From contig OZ024740.1 in the NCBI GenBank assembly GCA_964016885.1, positions 56,420,001-56,484,000 of the forward strand: a DNA stretch of 64,000 bases. Direction: 5' to 3'. The stretch is from Eledone cirrhosa (lineage: Eukaryota). Under the pieces are notes generated by a model that did no database searches, was not told the DNA's origin, and was given only the letters and a program-made list of their open reading frames with translations. The stretch's first letter is position 1. Each line of letters begins with the position of its first letter. The position numbers and the translations under genes are program-made. Positions 31,231 through 46,335 of the stretch are shown piece after piece.

Positions 31231-31235
<5 letters not shown>
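29635..31235 (+). mobile_element. Divergent Naiad-type PLE 3' remnant (GIY-YIG C-terminus, 3' region, hammerhead)
   Basis: T.LS..IW.LK......W.....CHLCIEE.....N...E....CRH at 29635-29886; hammerhead at 31113-31173; (TA)n flanks. Confidence 0.8.
31113..31173 (+). ncRNA. Minimal type I hammerhead ribozyme
   Basis: tattttat-CTGATGA-gagggtaccaaa/tttggtaccctt-GAAA-TATATA-TA-atagaata; long, near-perfect stem II. Confidence 0.85.
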
Positions 31236-31270
<35 letters not shown>

Positions 31271-31273
<3 letters not shown>

Positions 31274-31473
31274 GTGGTTACACAACAGTTAGTTCACCAT
31301 ACCGAGAACAATTGTTTCACCTTAGCGGATCCTCAGCTCTTAATCTGAGGATCCGCTGAGGTGAAACAATTGTTCTCGGTATGGTGAACTAAAAGTTGTG
31401 TAACCACTTCTACCTAACTCGTCCCATGGACTGAGTGCTCTACCACTACGGATATTACCTTCCAGTGTTCTAC

Positions 31474-31478
<5 letters not shown>
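31271..31478. mobile_element. Palindromic PLE end with CTGAGGA...GAAA-CAATTG hammerhead cores and a 3' tail
   Basis: Arms 31271-31336 and 31345-31410; (TA)n on both sides. Confidence 0.75.
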
Positions 31479-31549
<71 letters not shown>

Positions 31550-31676
31550 TCGGTATACAAGAATACGATTCACTTCTAGCAATCAACGTCATATTACTTC
31601 CTAAAAACAAGGATGACGCAGTATATTAATAGAGGAAAATGCGAAGTTGAAGATGTTAGAATCCTTTATTAATTGA

Positions 31677-31727
31677 ACCGTTATACATCTTTCAATGACG
31701 ATAGATATCGTGATTTCTTCAGACAGC
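31677..31727 (-). ncRNA. Hammerhead ribozyme with partly degenerate stem III
   Basis: gctgt-CTGAAGA-aatcacgata tc tatcgtcatt-GAAA-gatgta-TA-acggt. Confidence 0.55.
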
Positions 31728-32232
31728 AAAAATTGATTAAAAGAACAAACATATACACATTCATATGTCTATAGGTCTATCTACTTATCTAACTGTCTCT
31801 CTGTTTGTTTGATTCTATATTTCTAAAGATGTAGGTATGTTTACCAATGTATCTATCTTCGGACAAGAACAACAAAAACAATAACCACAAAGGATGAATT
31901 CCCAAAGCAGTCAGAAGAGAAATAAATACATCGGCAGAACAAAGTCACAGTCTTTTTAATAGCTATAGTTTATATAACGATTGTAGAAAATGTGGAAAGA
32001 AATTATAATAACTGAATTATGGAGATGTCCAAAGTGACAAGAAGAAATTCGAGGCCTAAGCATCTTTACATCAAATATTTTAATCAAAAGATGATCAAGT
32101 ATCTTTTACTATAAACCCCGTCATTTTGACGGGTATTATCACTAGCAGATTATATGTAAATCTAAACATACACCGACAAATAATACAAATGCATAAATAT
32201 GGTATGGATACAGATCTATGTAAATAACTATA

Positions 32233-32264
<32 letters not shown>

Positions 32265-32874
32265 CATATATATATACATATATACCTACACATATATATG
32301 TGTGTGTACACAGACATTTGTATAAATTTACACACACACACACATATATATATGCATACATTTACAAACACGCATATGTTTATATGTAGAAACATATACA
32401 TATACATATATATGCATGCGCGCGCGCGCGTGTGTGTGTGTGTGTTTTGTGTGTGCTTGATACGGCTTTTGGATGTTTAAAAAATTTTTTTTTTCAATGC
32501 TGCACTCTGGTCTCCTTTAATAACATTAATAATATTTCGTTTCAATGTAAATACAGTTATAAGCTTTTGAAAAAAATATTAATACAGATAAAATAAAATT
32601 TTATATATTTTGTAGATATTTCCAGATGGGAGAAAAAATTAATTACCATCATGTTACGAATAAAGGATTTCATTTTTTCTCTTTTTACTTTCTTCTGATG
32701 AAATAATTTTTATGATGATATATTTTATTCTTTCAATTTCTCTACGTGATGTATCAATTTCGAAGGACTTTGGAATCTGAAATCTCTGTAATGAGATATT
32801 TTCTATTGAAGCCACGTTTTAAATAAAATTCCTGAAACATCTTTCTAAAAATCTACCGCTTACTTAGCCTATTA

Positions 32875-32936
<62 letters not shown>

Positions 32937-33080
32937 TTGTTGTTGTTATTTTGTTGTTTGTTATCTGTGGTTGTAGTTTTGTACGTTTGAATCATTTTTA
33001 TCATTTCAATTTTAATTTATCATACCTGGTTGCCTCTGTGATATATGTGCTATACTCAAACACTCACACACTCACACACA

Positions 33081-33196
<116 letters not shown>

Positions 33197-33200
33197 CACA

Positions 33201-33265
<65 letters not shown>

Positions 33266-33570
33266 TGAAAGAGTGTTATCCCATATATATATTTATATAT
33301 ATATATATAACACAATATATGTATTATATATATATATATATAACAAGAATCTACATGATACTCAGACACATGCACATGAAAAACTTATATATATCTGTAT
33401 GTGTCTGTCTGAGTATAAATAAATGTTTGTGTATGTATCTATTTAGACTAGGTGGGCAATCATGAAAATTTACGTTTAAACGTTAATAAATACGACATGG
33501 TGTCTCAGTTACGGGGTAACACATACTTATACACACATAAACAAGCGTGTATATATATATGTATGTAAGT

Positions 33571-33613
<43 letters not shown>

Positions 33614-33683
33614 GTATGTATATATATATATGTAAGAATATATATATATATATGTATGTATATATATATATATATATCTGTAA

Positions 33684-33978
<295 letters not shown>

Positions 33979-34008
33979 TATATATACATATATATACATA
34001 TATATATG

Positions 34009-34372
<364 letters not shown>

Positions 34373-34457
34373 TATATATATATATTTATGAAAATAACAG
34401 ATTAAATTTTAATCAAAGAATCGAGCTCTCTTTGGATTTATTCTTCAAATTTATTAT

Positions 34458-34488
<31 letters not shown>

Positions 34489-34847
34489 ATGCACACGAGC
34501 GAGCGTAGTCCTCCATCGTTCAGACAACGTACTCTCCATTTGTTCGAACAACGGAACAACATGGTATGAAAATGAAAGTACAAGTTGGTGAGTATTCTTC
34601 AGATAAGTGTACAGTTAAGGTCGTTCTGAGAGGGATTCCGTGTGATAGAGTGTGGGACAAGGCAGACCTTTTGAATTACAGGTACAACTGATTTTTGCCA
34701 AATCATTTTTGCAGATGGACACAAGGCACACACTTATAATTGTTAGCTGAACACACTAATTACTAGGCCACATACCTTCACACACACATCGAGAAACATA
34801 CACACATAAAACCGATATGTATGTATGTGTGTATGTATGTATGTCAT

Positions 34848-35372
34848 GTCACTCTGGGATGCTACTGGTAACATGTAACCCAGTACAACCTGACTCATGG
34901 TCGGCTTGTCGGCTACTTAACCGGCACCCCACCAAGCTTGCTTGCTGAGGAAGGTGATGTTTGGACACTCTCTGGGATGAAATACAAGGCCCAGCAAAGG
35001 GAGGAGGAACTCAGCAAAGTCAACGGCCATCCAAATAGTACTTTTTTCTTTTTTTTCCACCTGGGAGTGAAAGGCCTCCAGTTGTTGTCACAACACCTTT
35101 CTAAGAGAGGGAAACTCTGAAAAACACTGCGGCTTCGGAAGCATCCGATGATGTTGATCAGTTCTTCTTTTCGGGTAGTGTTTTCGATGCTCAGAGAGTT
35201 GGATTGGTCGAGTACAAGGCCTTTCCCCACTTAAAAAACTTTCAAAGCACATGCATTGCTTGGTCAATATCTATTCGTGTTGCTGGCCGTAGCCTAAAAG
35301 CGCACCATTTTCTGTAATCTCACAAGCGATTGCAATACACTTAACAAAATTTGCAGCCATCATGAATGTATG
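34848..35372 (+). mobile_element. Non-autonomous RTE-related short retroelement
   Basis: Reverse-complement relative of 2445-2951. Confidence 0.65.
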
Positions 35373-35619
35373 TTATGGTTTTATTACTTCATACATTTTA
35401 ACCAATAGAGAGCCAGTTTTTAACATACAGATGAACTAGATATATACGTATGTCTGTATGTGTTCAGGTATGGATGTTGTTGCATGTCTAGATATATACG
35501 TTTTGAGTTTTGTGTACATGCGGAGGTGTTTCTTTATCTATACATATGTATATGCATTTATTACATGCTGAATTTCTTTAAAATGTTTTAGATATTTTTG
35601 AAGTTCTATGAATGCAATT

Positions 35620-37450
35620 TCTTAGCTAGCCATGCTCTTTCTGGTTCTGTGAAGCTTAGCTTCTCAGGTTTTGTACTCAGGCAATTAGTAACAATGGTCA
35701 CAGATAGAAATCAGAGTGGAGTATCTACAAATGCGTCATTAGTTCAACATAACTGTTCTCTTTTTCGCTAATCTTTAACAGTATATTAATATCTGATGGA
35801 CAGCTGATTTCCACTACTCTGCATGTCTTCGTTTCTTGTCTCATATCACTATGTCTGGTCTGTTATTAATGGCATTATATTAGGGTTTTGACGGGAACAT
35901 TCCACCAGTGCTCTTGCATATTATGCATGTATATGCTCTCCACATCACTATAACACTTTATATTTCTACTCCCATGACTATCCGTTCGCCGGAATGTATT
36001 GTATAGTGGTTTGGTCACTACATCATGTTTCATAGGTAGATAATATCGTGATGACATCTTTAGACAGCTGCTTAAGATGTGAGTGACATCCTCGATGTCC
36101 ATTCAGCAGAATCTGCATCTGTTGTCACATTTAGATGTTTTACCTGCATTCCTATTTTTTGTGCATCAGGTATTTCTTCTTATTTCCTGTTCTCCGATTA
36201 CAAAAAGGTATCTTTAAAGTGAGAATGGTTATCGGTATAAGACAGACTACTTTGTTTATCTATAATACTTACACTTTGAAGCTTTCTGGTAACGCAGCCA
36301 TGTATGATTTTATGCTGATAAGCATGCAGCTTTTCATCCTAAAATTCGATGTGGTATTACTGTGCAATTTCCCTGGGTGTCAGATTTTGGTTATCATGCA
36401 AGGAGTTTTTCTCAAGGAGTTCCTTCACAACTCTCATGACGTTATCTGTCTCATGTAGTCAAACTTATTTTATAGATGAGTTTCTACGCTTGTGGTTTGT
36501 AACTGTTGTCGGAGGGATATGATGCGACTCACAAAAGCCTCTGCCTGTATGCTTATGTTTTAGGTCGAGGTATATGTCAATGTTGACAGGGAAATTTCCA
36601 GTGCCGGTTAGAACTCTTTGGATGCCAAAATCAATGGCTAGGATCTCATCTAGGGTCAAGTCCAAATGTTGGTATTAGAACATGCACATCAAACACATTG
36701 TGAGCCACTGATTTATTGTGCGCAGATGGATCAGAAGACCATAATTTTCTTATTTGGGTGTTGTATTCCTTGGTTACTCGTTTCTTGTTACAGGTTCCAT
36801 CATAGGATATATATATTCATTTATCCCTAAGTATCTGTAGCGATCCTCGTCAGATACCGGTGAAACTGTCAGGTCATTGATGGAGATGTTGCTAGATTGG
36901 CTTGTAATTTCTCATCTCTTTATAATCAGATAGGACCAAACACCATTCCTATATCTTTTGAGAATGTCGTAGGTATTTTTATATCATACCATTTATATTT
37001 TTGACACAGTTTCAGGTCATCCGCAAAGCAGTTATGTGTTAGGTTAGAGTTTCAGGCTTCCTATGACCAGTTACGAATCCTTCATATTCCTCAGCATAAA
37101 AGACAACTGGTTTACTGGCAGTATAAATAACATCACAGAGAGACTGCCTTCTTGAATTATACCCCTGCGATACTCTATTTTATCAGTGAGAACATAAGCC
37201 CCCCCCTCCTCTGTATTTAATTTCAGGATAGTACCTAGGAAAAAGATAGTTTCTCTGTGGTTCTGCTAATGGTATCAGGGATTTTAGCTAGTCACAGGGC
37301 CTCTAGTATACAAACATAGGGAACAGAATCGAATGTTTTCTTGTAATTCAGCCCGACTAAAACCAAGTTTCTCATATGTCACCACATCTCTGACATCGCG
37401 GTTTTCTTAATTAAGAGTCGCTCAGCACACCTGCAAACTTCTTTCTTCCT
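35620..37450 (-). mobile_element. Degenerate R4/Dong-type RLE LINE
   Basis: YKKTFDSVP, ADDLKL, YRYLG, the CCHC knuckle (E...HILSSC...HD.V) and NRPDIV...VEISCP, read across frameshifts. Confidence 0.75.
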
Positions 37451-37591
37451 AGCTGCTTGCTCATCAGTGATGATATATATATATATATGTATGTATGTAT
37501 GAATAAGGAATAGACGCTGAGAAAAGCTTATACAAACCTGATGTGTGGAGGGGGGAGGGCACATTTAGATGACCACTTATCCTTTACTTAC

Positions 37592-37667
37592 CTCACAGTA
37601 ACAATTTTGTCCACATATTTGGATGCTGTTGCGAATGAATTTGAACCGACCATTGGTATAGACAAAC
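37592..37667 (-). CDS. Threonine ammonia-lyase-like exon (GLSIPMVGSNSFATASKYVDKIVTVR)
   Basis: ttttcag|...|gtaagt; 76 bp, phases match both neighbouring exons. Confidence 0.92.
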
Positions 37668-39559
37668 CTGAAAAGTAAAATTGCAAGCATGAAATTAACT
37701 GAAATCACTATAGAACATTAACTCAATAATATGGTAATATCCTCGTCTTAAAACTGTGTTGAGAAGAAATTCCTCAAGTGTTACACGTGTGTTAAACAAA
37801 ATTAACACTATTGATACTGCACAGCATGAAAACTCCGCTGGTTCTGCTTATCCTAATATTTTTAATATTCATCTAAAATCTTTCCATCATAGTTTTATAG
37901 TAGGACATTTTTTAATCCAAGTGTTGCATTTCATTTTATATTCATTTAAATAAATTACAATTAATTTTCTCCCACATTTCCTTTAATCATTATCAGACAT
38001 TCTACGTTTTTGAGTCATTTTAACACATCAAAATTCATTCCTGTTTATGTATGAAATTTCATCATCTCATCGATAGTGAGACAGACAATACTAACATACA
38101 GTTAATGTGGTGTGGTAAATAAATATACACATATGCACCAGCTCCGAACACAATTTTCCAAACATCAGCTTAGTAATGAGAACATTAGTTATATTACTAA
38201 ATGTTTAATTATGTTTAAAATTAATTTTAAAAACACACGTAGTGTATTTCATTAGAAATAATGGAAGTAAAGAGTTCTAAAATAAATTTATTAAAGTTCT
38301 ACACAAGCGTTTCGATAAAGATAAAATTCTGAATCGGTGAACACTGTCCTTTTAACCGATATCATCGCATAAAGTACGACTATATTTTCTAATATGTATG
38401 TCTTTTATTAGGATGTTAAAATATGATTTAAGACGAATTTGGCTGCTATTTCTTGCACATAAAGCAACTGAGTAGCTTCGGCTTTATAGTACTTTCCGAA
38501 ATGTGTGATGAACAAATCATTTAGTAAATCCACATTCGTTTACGTGATATTTATTTAGAAAATAAATATTCCAAAGATGCCAACTGCATGAAAAGTTAGA
38601 ATTAATATATCTAATGCAGGGGCAAAAAAAAAAGTTAAAACGTTAATTCTGTTCTAAGCCCGTTGGATCATCTGGCCAGAGTTTATTTCGGTTCCATTGG
38701 TGTCAAGTGACTGAGAGTTCAAGCCGGAACGTTAATCCATCTCAGAGTTAACACCCATCCCAGCGGCTTTGGAATTAGTTCTCAGCTGAGTGGACTGTAG
38801 CAACTTGAAATGAAGTGTTTTGCTCAAATATACAACGTGCCACGATGCAAAGGGATCGAACACACAAAATTACGATGTTGAGCCAAACATCCTTACTGCT
38901 AGATCAAATTTCATCAACAGGGCGTTAAAACTATAAATAAATAAAAACTGAAGACATGATTGTACTCATTTACTAATAAGGTTTTCTTTTTTACTGAAAT
39001 TTCAAGAGACATCTTATTATGAACTCACCAGCGAAGCATAACTTTAACCTTAGCTGATAAAAGAGTGAATAATTTTTTATCGTACAAGTTTATCTAGTCG
39101 ATTATTTCTAGAGACTTATGTATGTGAACATTTTGATATGAAGCAATCGTTGAAAAGAAAACATTGACATGAAGCATAAGAATACAAAATACAAAAAGCT
39201 TAGATAATAATAAATTGAAAGGTTTCAGTATATTTTATGGATCTTTAGAAATCTAATGTGAAGTAAACGAAACGGAACCATACAGAGGTTTCGATGAACC
39301 TAGAAAATAACTACAGCAATAATAATTGGGGAGGCAGAAATCAAAGAACTAATCATAGTAGATTTATTAAACATTTCAACAGTCATAAGTTGTGGGCATA
39401 TATATTTGTTATTTCATCCTTGTATCACTCTACCATTAATATTATTACCATAATTTATTCTATTAATTTAGAAATATCTCATACATATTGGATTATAGTA
39501 ATAGCTTTCATCTTTATTTTTTGTTTGTTTTGGAAGATTCTTGATGTGAAATCATTTGT

Positions 39560-40478
39560 GGAAACAGATGTTGTTATATTTTGGGAGGGTCATGTAGCTA
39601 ATAAAAACACACGCACCAGTTATGTTTCACTCTAGTTTATTATTAGTTGAATAATTCATTCATGGGATAGTGCATTAATCGGTCGTTTGTTTGATTGTTA
39701 ATTGTCAAAACTCTTTCATCACACATCTTGTGACTTTCTCAATGACTATTCTTGCCTCTCTATATCTCTTCTTTGTTCTGATCTTGTTCTATCTGCTCTA
39801 TTTGTATTTTGGTGTGTGTGCATCTGATCTGCACATGCGTATGCATTTCAGTCTATGCGCTTGAGTGTGTGTGTGCGTGTGTGCGTATGTGTGTATCTGT
39901 GTTGCTACTTCCACGAGATTCTGTGTTTCGTATGAGTGTATGTATGTCTGTGCATGTATGCATGCCTGTGCATGTGTTTGTGCCCGTGTATGTATGTGTG
40001 TATGTGCATGTATGTGTGTCTCTGCATGTATATGTGCCTTTATGTCTTGTTGCCCTTCCAAGTTTTTGTACATGATTTGTTTTGAATTGTTAGTCACTAG
40101 TTAGCTGATATTCTATTTTTTCTATTCTATGTGTGTGTAATGAGGGAGATTTGTGTCAGTTTGTTAATCTCTTTAGATTTCTTCTTCTATGTCCTTATGT
40201 TGTCCTCAATGGCTAGGTTGTGGGGTTGATGATAATCCATTCATGATTTCTATTGAGTTTCAGCCTCTATTCAGTTATATTTGTCGCTTCCTTCATTTGT
40301 CTTAGCACTGTATCTGTTCTATGTGTAGATGTAATGTTTATTTCAATGTTTTCTAGTGAGACCACATGCTCTTGACAAGTAACAATTAAACAACTAACTA
40401 GTTAATATAGTAATCGATGGAAGAAACTCAACTGGTGAGTCTGTTTTTATTGGCGGCATGACTCTCCAAAAGTATAAG
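39560..40478 (-). mobile_element. Degenerate PLE remnant of a different (Neptune-like) type
   Basis: Minus-strand LRQMKEA..I.....LNR..EW (GIY-YIG C-terminus, with a stop) at about 40237-40380. It lies between inverted copies of the repeat also seen at 3720-3780, 6696-6843 and 11340-11400. Confidence 0.55.
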
Positions 40479-41102
40479 TTTTCAATCTTTATTCCTTCCT
40501 AATTTATATCAATTACCCTAACAAACGTTGTAGTAAGTAAATCTACCTTATTATATGGTCCACTTTTATAAATAATTGTCATTCAATAAGTTAACCTATA
40601 TGGACAGTTAGCTCAATTTAGCAGACTGTAGGTAATTACACTAAATCGCATGTGATAAATAATTGACGATTAAAATATAAATATTAGAAATAGGATTTCG
40701 CTTGAAGCATAGCTTTATAGAAAAAAAAAAAAAATAGCCTTCATTTTCTCTTCTTATCACAACTATAGCCACCACTGTCATTTTCATTAACTAATATTCC
40801 CACCAATAACGATATCAGCTGCCATTCACAGTATATCATATATGTATGTGTATGCTAATCGTGGTAATAATTCTCCAGTTATTTATCCTCAGAATATTAC
40901 CCCACTGTCAAAAGAACGTTAACAACGTTAATATCACCGGTTACAGAACCCCTGCAAACGCCATGTCATAGCCCTTCCTTCATACCACGCCACTACAATA
41001 AAGAAAATGTTTAGTTATTTTTGTCATACTCCCTGCATTTTATAATTAACTACAGGTTACGGCAACTCAACTATTGTTTTTCATGCAAATAGCATCTATG
41101 AG

Positions 41103-41154
<52 letters not shown>

Positions 41155-41193
41155 TAGAAAGATTTGAATGGATACAGTTTAGTTGAAAGGAAT

Positions 41194-41313
41194 TTATTGA
41201 CACGTGTTTCTATAACAGTTACATAACCTAAAACAGCTGCTATCTACAAACTTTTAGTTATGCAGACATTCAATATTTCAATGTTATTATTTACTGTCAT
41301 TTCATCAGAATAA
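41194..41313 (-). ncRNA. Naiad pLTR hammerhead (inverted arm)
   Basis: Reverse complement of 43617-43736. Confidence 0.65.
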
Positions 41314-41494
41314 TATTACTGAGGACCTATTTAGTTTTTATAGAGAATATTAGGAGGGAGGGGTGAAGTTGTTAGAAGAATAGTTGAAGGAGTGGTTTTT
41401 CGATAGCAGTGAGAATTCTTGGTGGCAGTGAGTAATTAGATTCCCATCTGTTGTTTTGACATTTTTTATAGAATATATTATTGGTTATTTTTCT

Positions 41495-42736
41495 AAAAAC
41501 CTTAATAACCAAAAACTAGAAAAACTACGCAAAGATATAAGAAAACTACTACTCGAAATAGGACTAACTATAACATATGAATACAACCTTAAAGTAGTTA
41601 ACTTCCTGGATGTCACACTCAATTTAAACTCGGGTTTGATTAAACCGTTTCATAAATTGAATGAAAATCTCAAATACGTAAATGTTGGGTCTAACCACCC
41701 CATCTCTATAATTAAATCTATCCCTAAAAATATTTCCCTTAGAATCTCGGGTCTATCTTCTAACATACAAGTATTTAAGGAACACGCCGAGTACTACGAT
41801 AACGCCCTTAGTAAAGCAGGCTACCTCAACAAAATAGAGTACATAGATGGGAACAATCAAAACACCCAAAATAAATCCCACATAGGTAGATATAATAACA
41901 CAACACCAAACCACACTTACTACCATAGTATGCACACCAGTAAACCAACAAACAAAACTAATAGAAAGCGATGCAAAGAGTACTTATGGTATAACCCCGA
42001 ATACAATAGTTCCATTAGTACAAATTTACCAGTACTCTTCTTTAAAATAATTAAAAGACATTTTCCCACATCACACAAATACCACAAAATCCTAAACCCT
42101 ACCACTATAAGACTGTCATACTCTACAGCGTTAAACCTTGAACAACACATAAAAAAGATCAATACTAGAAGGTTAAACGAAAACACTAAGAACTTAAGTA
42201 CAAAGAACACAAAAAAAACAGTAGACAATACACTACAGAACATAAATAAACCACACCTAAGTTCGTCCGCAATACTACTCCAGAGAAAACCCAACGTACA
42301 CAACTGTAACTGCACCTATCCTGACAACTGCCCCCTCGGCAATAACTGCCTGGAAAAAAATATTATTTATAAGTGTACCATTAAATCCGGAAGCAACGAG
42401 TGGTATTACGTGGGATCAACGGCAACATCGTTTAAATCTCGATTGTATAGGCATTCTTACTCAATAAAACACCAGAGCCAAAGAAATGTAACAACTTTAG
42501 CAGAAAAAGCTTGGACGCTCAGGGATAGCGATCAAAAGTTTACCCTAAAATGGGAGAAATTAGCTAAAACCCTAAGCTTTTCCAGGAGCCAAAATTTCTG
42601 CAAATTGTGTAATCTTGAGATTTATTACATAATCACACACAAGAAGAAACTGCTGAATAACAGAATTGAACGAACATTATTCTGCCGTCACAGAACTAAA
42701 ACCCTTTTTTCCCACTACAAGCCGAATATTACATAA
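41495..42736 (+). pseudogene. 5'-truncated PLE ORF: RT C-terminus (VNFLDVTL, SNHP) plus GIY-YIG endonuclease (IIYKC..YYVGST..FKSR..H, CKLC, CRH)
   Basis: Uninterrupted reading frame. The first residues of the predicted 426-aa ORF come from the inverted pLTR. The CxC/CPL/CxLC/CRH cysteine pattern is that of Naiad PLEs. Confidence 0.88.
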
Positions 42737-43005
42737 AAGAGGGACATCCCCCAACTATATAAACCTTAATCTAGTTAGAAAAATATAAAAACAATCTCTT
42801 CTCAACATATATTAATAACCTTAAATTACCACACTAATAATGGAAAGATATGCTGATGAGAATAGGTGCAAATATGCGATAATGAATGTGTCTAAAAACG
42901 TCCATAAGTATGTATATATATGTGAAAATGTATATAAATAAGTAAATATATATATATGTTTGATGTGTATAGTTAGATGTAAGTGTATTCATGTATTAAA
43001 GTGCT

Positions 43006-43064
<59 letters not shown>

Positions 43065-43616
43065 ATATGTGTATATAGATGTGTATGTATGTGTATGTGT
43101 GTACACATGGACTAGAGTATGTATGTATATATGTGTGTCTATACGTGTGTATATAAAGATAAGTTGAGTATGAAAATGTATACACATGAGCGCGTATGTA
43201 TGTACATGAATACATGTGTGTATATATATGTGTATGCATGTGTATATACATGTAAGTATGAATATGTGAATTGTGAGTATATGTATTTTGTAGAGGTGTG
43301 CAAATATATGTGTGTGAATGCGTGGGTGAAAGGATACTTACACTTGAAAGAAAAATATAAGTCTGAATGTTAATTAAGTGCAAACACAAAACCAACCACG
43401 CATATCTTTACTATCTCTAATCCTTCTATAGATTTAGAAAAATAACCAATAATATATTCTATAAAAAATGTCAAAACAACAGATGGGAATCTAATTACTC
43501 ACTGCCACCAAGAATTCTCACTGCTATCGAAAAACCACTCCTTCAACTATTCTTCTAACAACTTCACCCCTCCCTCCTAATATTCTCTATAAAAACTAAA
43601 TAGGTCCTCAGTAATA

Positions 43617-43736
43617 TTATTCTGATGAAATGACAGTAAATAATAACATTGAAATATTGAATGTCTGCATAACTAAAAGTTTGTAGATAGCAGCTGTTTT
43701 AGGTTATGTAACTGTTATAGAAACACGTGTCAATAA
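43617..43736 (+). ncRNA. Naiad pLTR hammerhead with extended stem II
   Basis: CTGATGA at 43622-43628, GAAA at 43720-43723, palindromic CACGTG stem III, GTC triplet at 43729-43731. Confidence 0.65.
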
Positions 43737-43887
43737 ATTCCTTTCAACTAAACTGTATCCATTCAAATCTTTCTATTTTTCTCCGGATTACTTTTGGAAC
43801 TACAACTGAAACCGTCGAGCAAACTCTACGTGAGCTGATAATCTACTGTGTGTAATATTTATATTACAACACAACGGAAAATACTGT

Positions 43888-43946
<59 letters not shown>

Positions 43947-43960
43947 CATATATATATATA

Positions 43961-44124
<164 letters not shown>

Positions 44125-44335
44125 GTGTTGTGTGTGTGTGTGTGTATGTGTATATATATATATATATGTATGTAAAAAAAAAATGTTCGCTCTACTGAAT
44201 ACAATAAATGTAATCTGAGTTTTTCGAATATTAATAACATTCGATTCGTTTGCAATTATGCAAACAAGCCTCAATTTTATAGCCATGTCAGTAGAATGAA
44301 CCCTTCATTCTTGCTCTTGTGTTGGCATGTAAACA

Positions 44336-44385
44336 GAACTGCAGACACTAATGTTTCTGGGTATCACCCTTCATCAGTACAGCTC
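44336..44385 (-). ncRNA. Hammerhead ribozyme (left arm of palindrome)
   Basis: Reverse complement of 44530-44579. Confidence 0.85.
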
Positions 44386-44529
44386 ACTATTCACCTGCCA
44401 AACTGTCAGAGTTAGTGAAAATATATGGGGATCCAGTGGATCTGCTAATATGCAGATCTGACTGATCAGCCAGTCTGCTAATATGCAAATCAGGCCGATC
44501 AGACACTGTGTATTTGGCAGGTGAACAGT

Positions 44530-44579
44530 GAGCTGTACTGATGAAGGGTGATACCCAGAAACATTAGTGTCTGCAGTTC
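44530..44579 (+). ncRNA. Hammerhead ribozyme (right arm of palindrome)
   Basis: gagctgta-CTGATGA-agggt gat accca-GAAA-CATTAGTG-TC-tgcagttc; 8-bp stem I. Confidence 0.85.
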
Positions 44580-44746
44580 AGTTCGCATGCCAACACAAGA
44601 GCAAGAATGAAGGGTTCATTCTACTGACATGGCTATAGAATTGAGGGTTGTTTGCGTAATTGCAAACGATTCGAATGTTATTATTAATATTCGAAAAACT
44701 CAGATTACATTTATTGTATTCAGCCATGTAGAGCGAACATTTTCTT

Positions 44747-44878
<132 letters not shown>

Positions 44879-45330
44879 GTATGTGTAAATATGATAATAA
44901 TGGAGCTGCGGCGCTGCAAATGGGTTACATATGAAAAAGTTTGTCCTCATCAGTGGCCTTCCAACCGTCGTAGGCATTTCGTCGCATTAAAGGCCATATA
45001 GCTCAGGTTGGTGCGAGCAACGGCTAAAAAAAGTCGTTGGGACACGTAAATAAAGGGGACGCTAGGGTAAACAGACAAAATGGTTTAAGCAGCAGAAAGT
45101 GATGAAGAAGAAACAAGTCCCAGATTTCTATGAATATAAATTCGGTGGAATCGTGAACGAGAGAATAAAGACCATCAAACCTGGTTGAAATGTGAGCAAG
45201 GAAGGAATTTCGCACAGGTCTAACGGGAGGAAGAAGGGGTCTGGTCTGCGAATTCGGTAAACATAAGTTCTGTGAAGTCGCAGACGAGAGAGAGAGAAAA
45301 AATATTCATACTGGCTTGGCCAAGTGCCCG

Positions 45331-45393
<63 letters not shown>

Positions 45394-45873
45394 TGTATAT
45401 ATATATATATATGCCCTTTTATAGCAGTTCGTCCCTCAGATGCCACTGGTTCACTGCCCTAAACATGCTGTGACATCTCTCTCCCACGTGTAGTGGGACG
45501 GTCGCTTTAGATTCTCTTAGAGATGTCTGAAATGTATGGCCTTGCACGCGCTGATGACCATTTCAGTCAACAACTTCCTGGCGAAACAGATCTCTTTTGA
45601 TTTGTACGCGTGTGTTATATAGTTATAGAGGTGCGTATATACATTTTAATTTATATTTTTAATTAATGTGTGTCTAACCTGCCTTTCATAGGTTATAGAT
45701 TCCATACACTGGTGGTTTTTGCCTGTTTTATTGATGGCGCACTATCTCTCTCTAGTGTGTTACCTTTTCAACAGATTGTATTTTAAAGAGCTCAGGATTC
45801 CTTTTCCTTTGAGCACATTATTGACAGGGAATAACGAGATTATATGGCTCCGTTAATTTCTCGTGATATGTAT

Positions 45874-45943
<70 letters not shown>

Positions 45944-46063
45944 ATATATATATATATATATATATATAACGAAGGAAGTGTGGTGAGGAACCAGGTGGAC
46001 CACTTGAGCTCTGCCGTCGGGGTCTTGAATATTTTCCTATATATATATATATATATATGTATG

Positions 46064-46143
<80 letters not shown>

Positions 46144-46335
46144 GTTGATCGACTTTCGTCAAATCGGACCGAGGAAACAATGTTTCCATTGGTATTTCTA
46201 ATTGCTAATACTCTCTATCGGTCGCAACTCCAGGTAGAAGGACCAATGTGAAATAAAGTGTCTTGCCCAAGAACATAACACATTGCCTGGTGCGGGAATC
46301 CAACTCATAACCTCATGATTGCGAATTATATATTA

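Larger units (their letters stand above)
41155..43890 (+). mobile_element. Penelope-like retroelement (Naiad-type), 5'-truncated, with inverted 5' pseudo-LTR, inserted in (TA)n
   Basis: RT-thumb plus GIY-YIG ORF. 41155-41497 is the reverse complement of about 43437-43775. Hammerhead in each pLTR; (TA)n on both sides. Confidence 0.93.

Noticed and set aside
34848-34935. HDV-like or twister ribozyme at the head of the RTE-related elements
   Set aside because: Hairpins and a CTAA-like segment exist, but I could not build P1/P3/L3 or twister consensus pairings.
41456-41497. Start of a full-length 426-aa PLE protein
   Set aside because: The TTG start lies in the inverted pLTR and the RT catalytic core is missing, so this is a 5'-truncated copy.
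42290-42736. Possible selenoprotein recoding as reported for some Naiads
   Set aside because: The conserved cysteines are TGT/TGC and the frame has no internal TGA.
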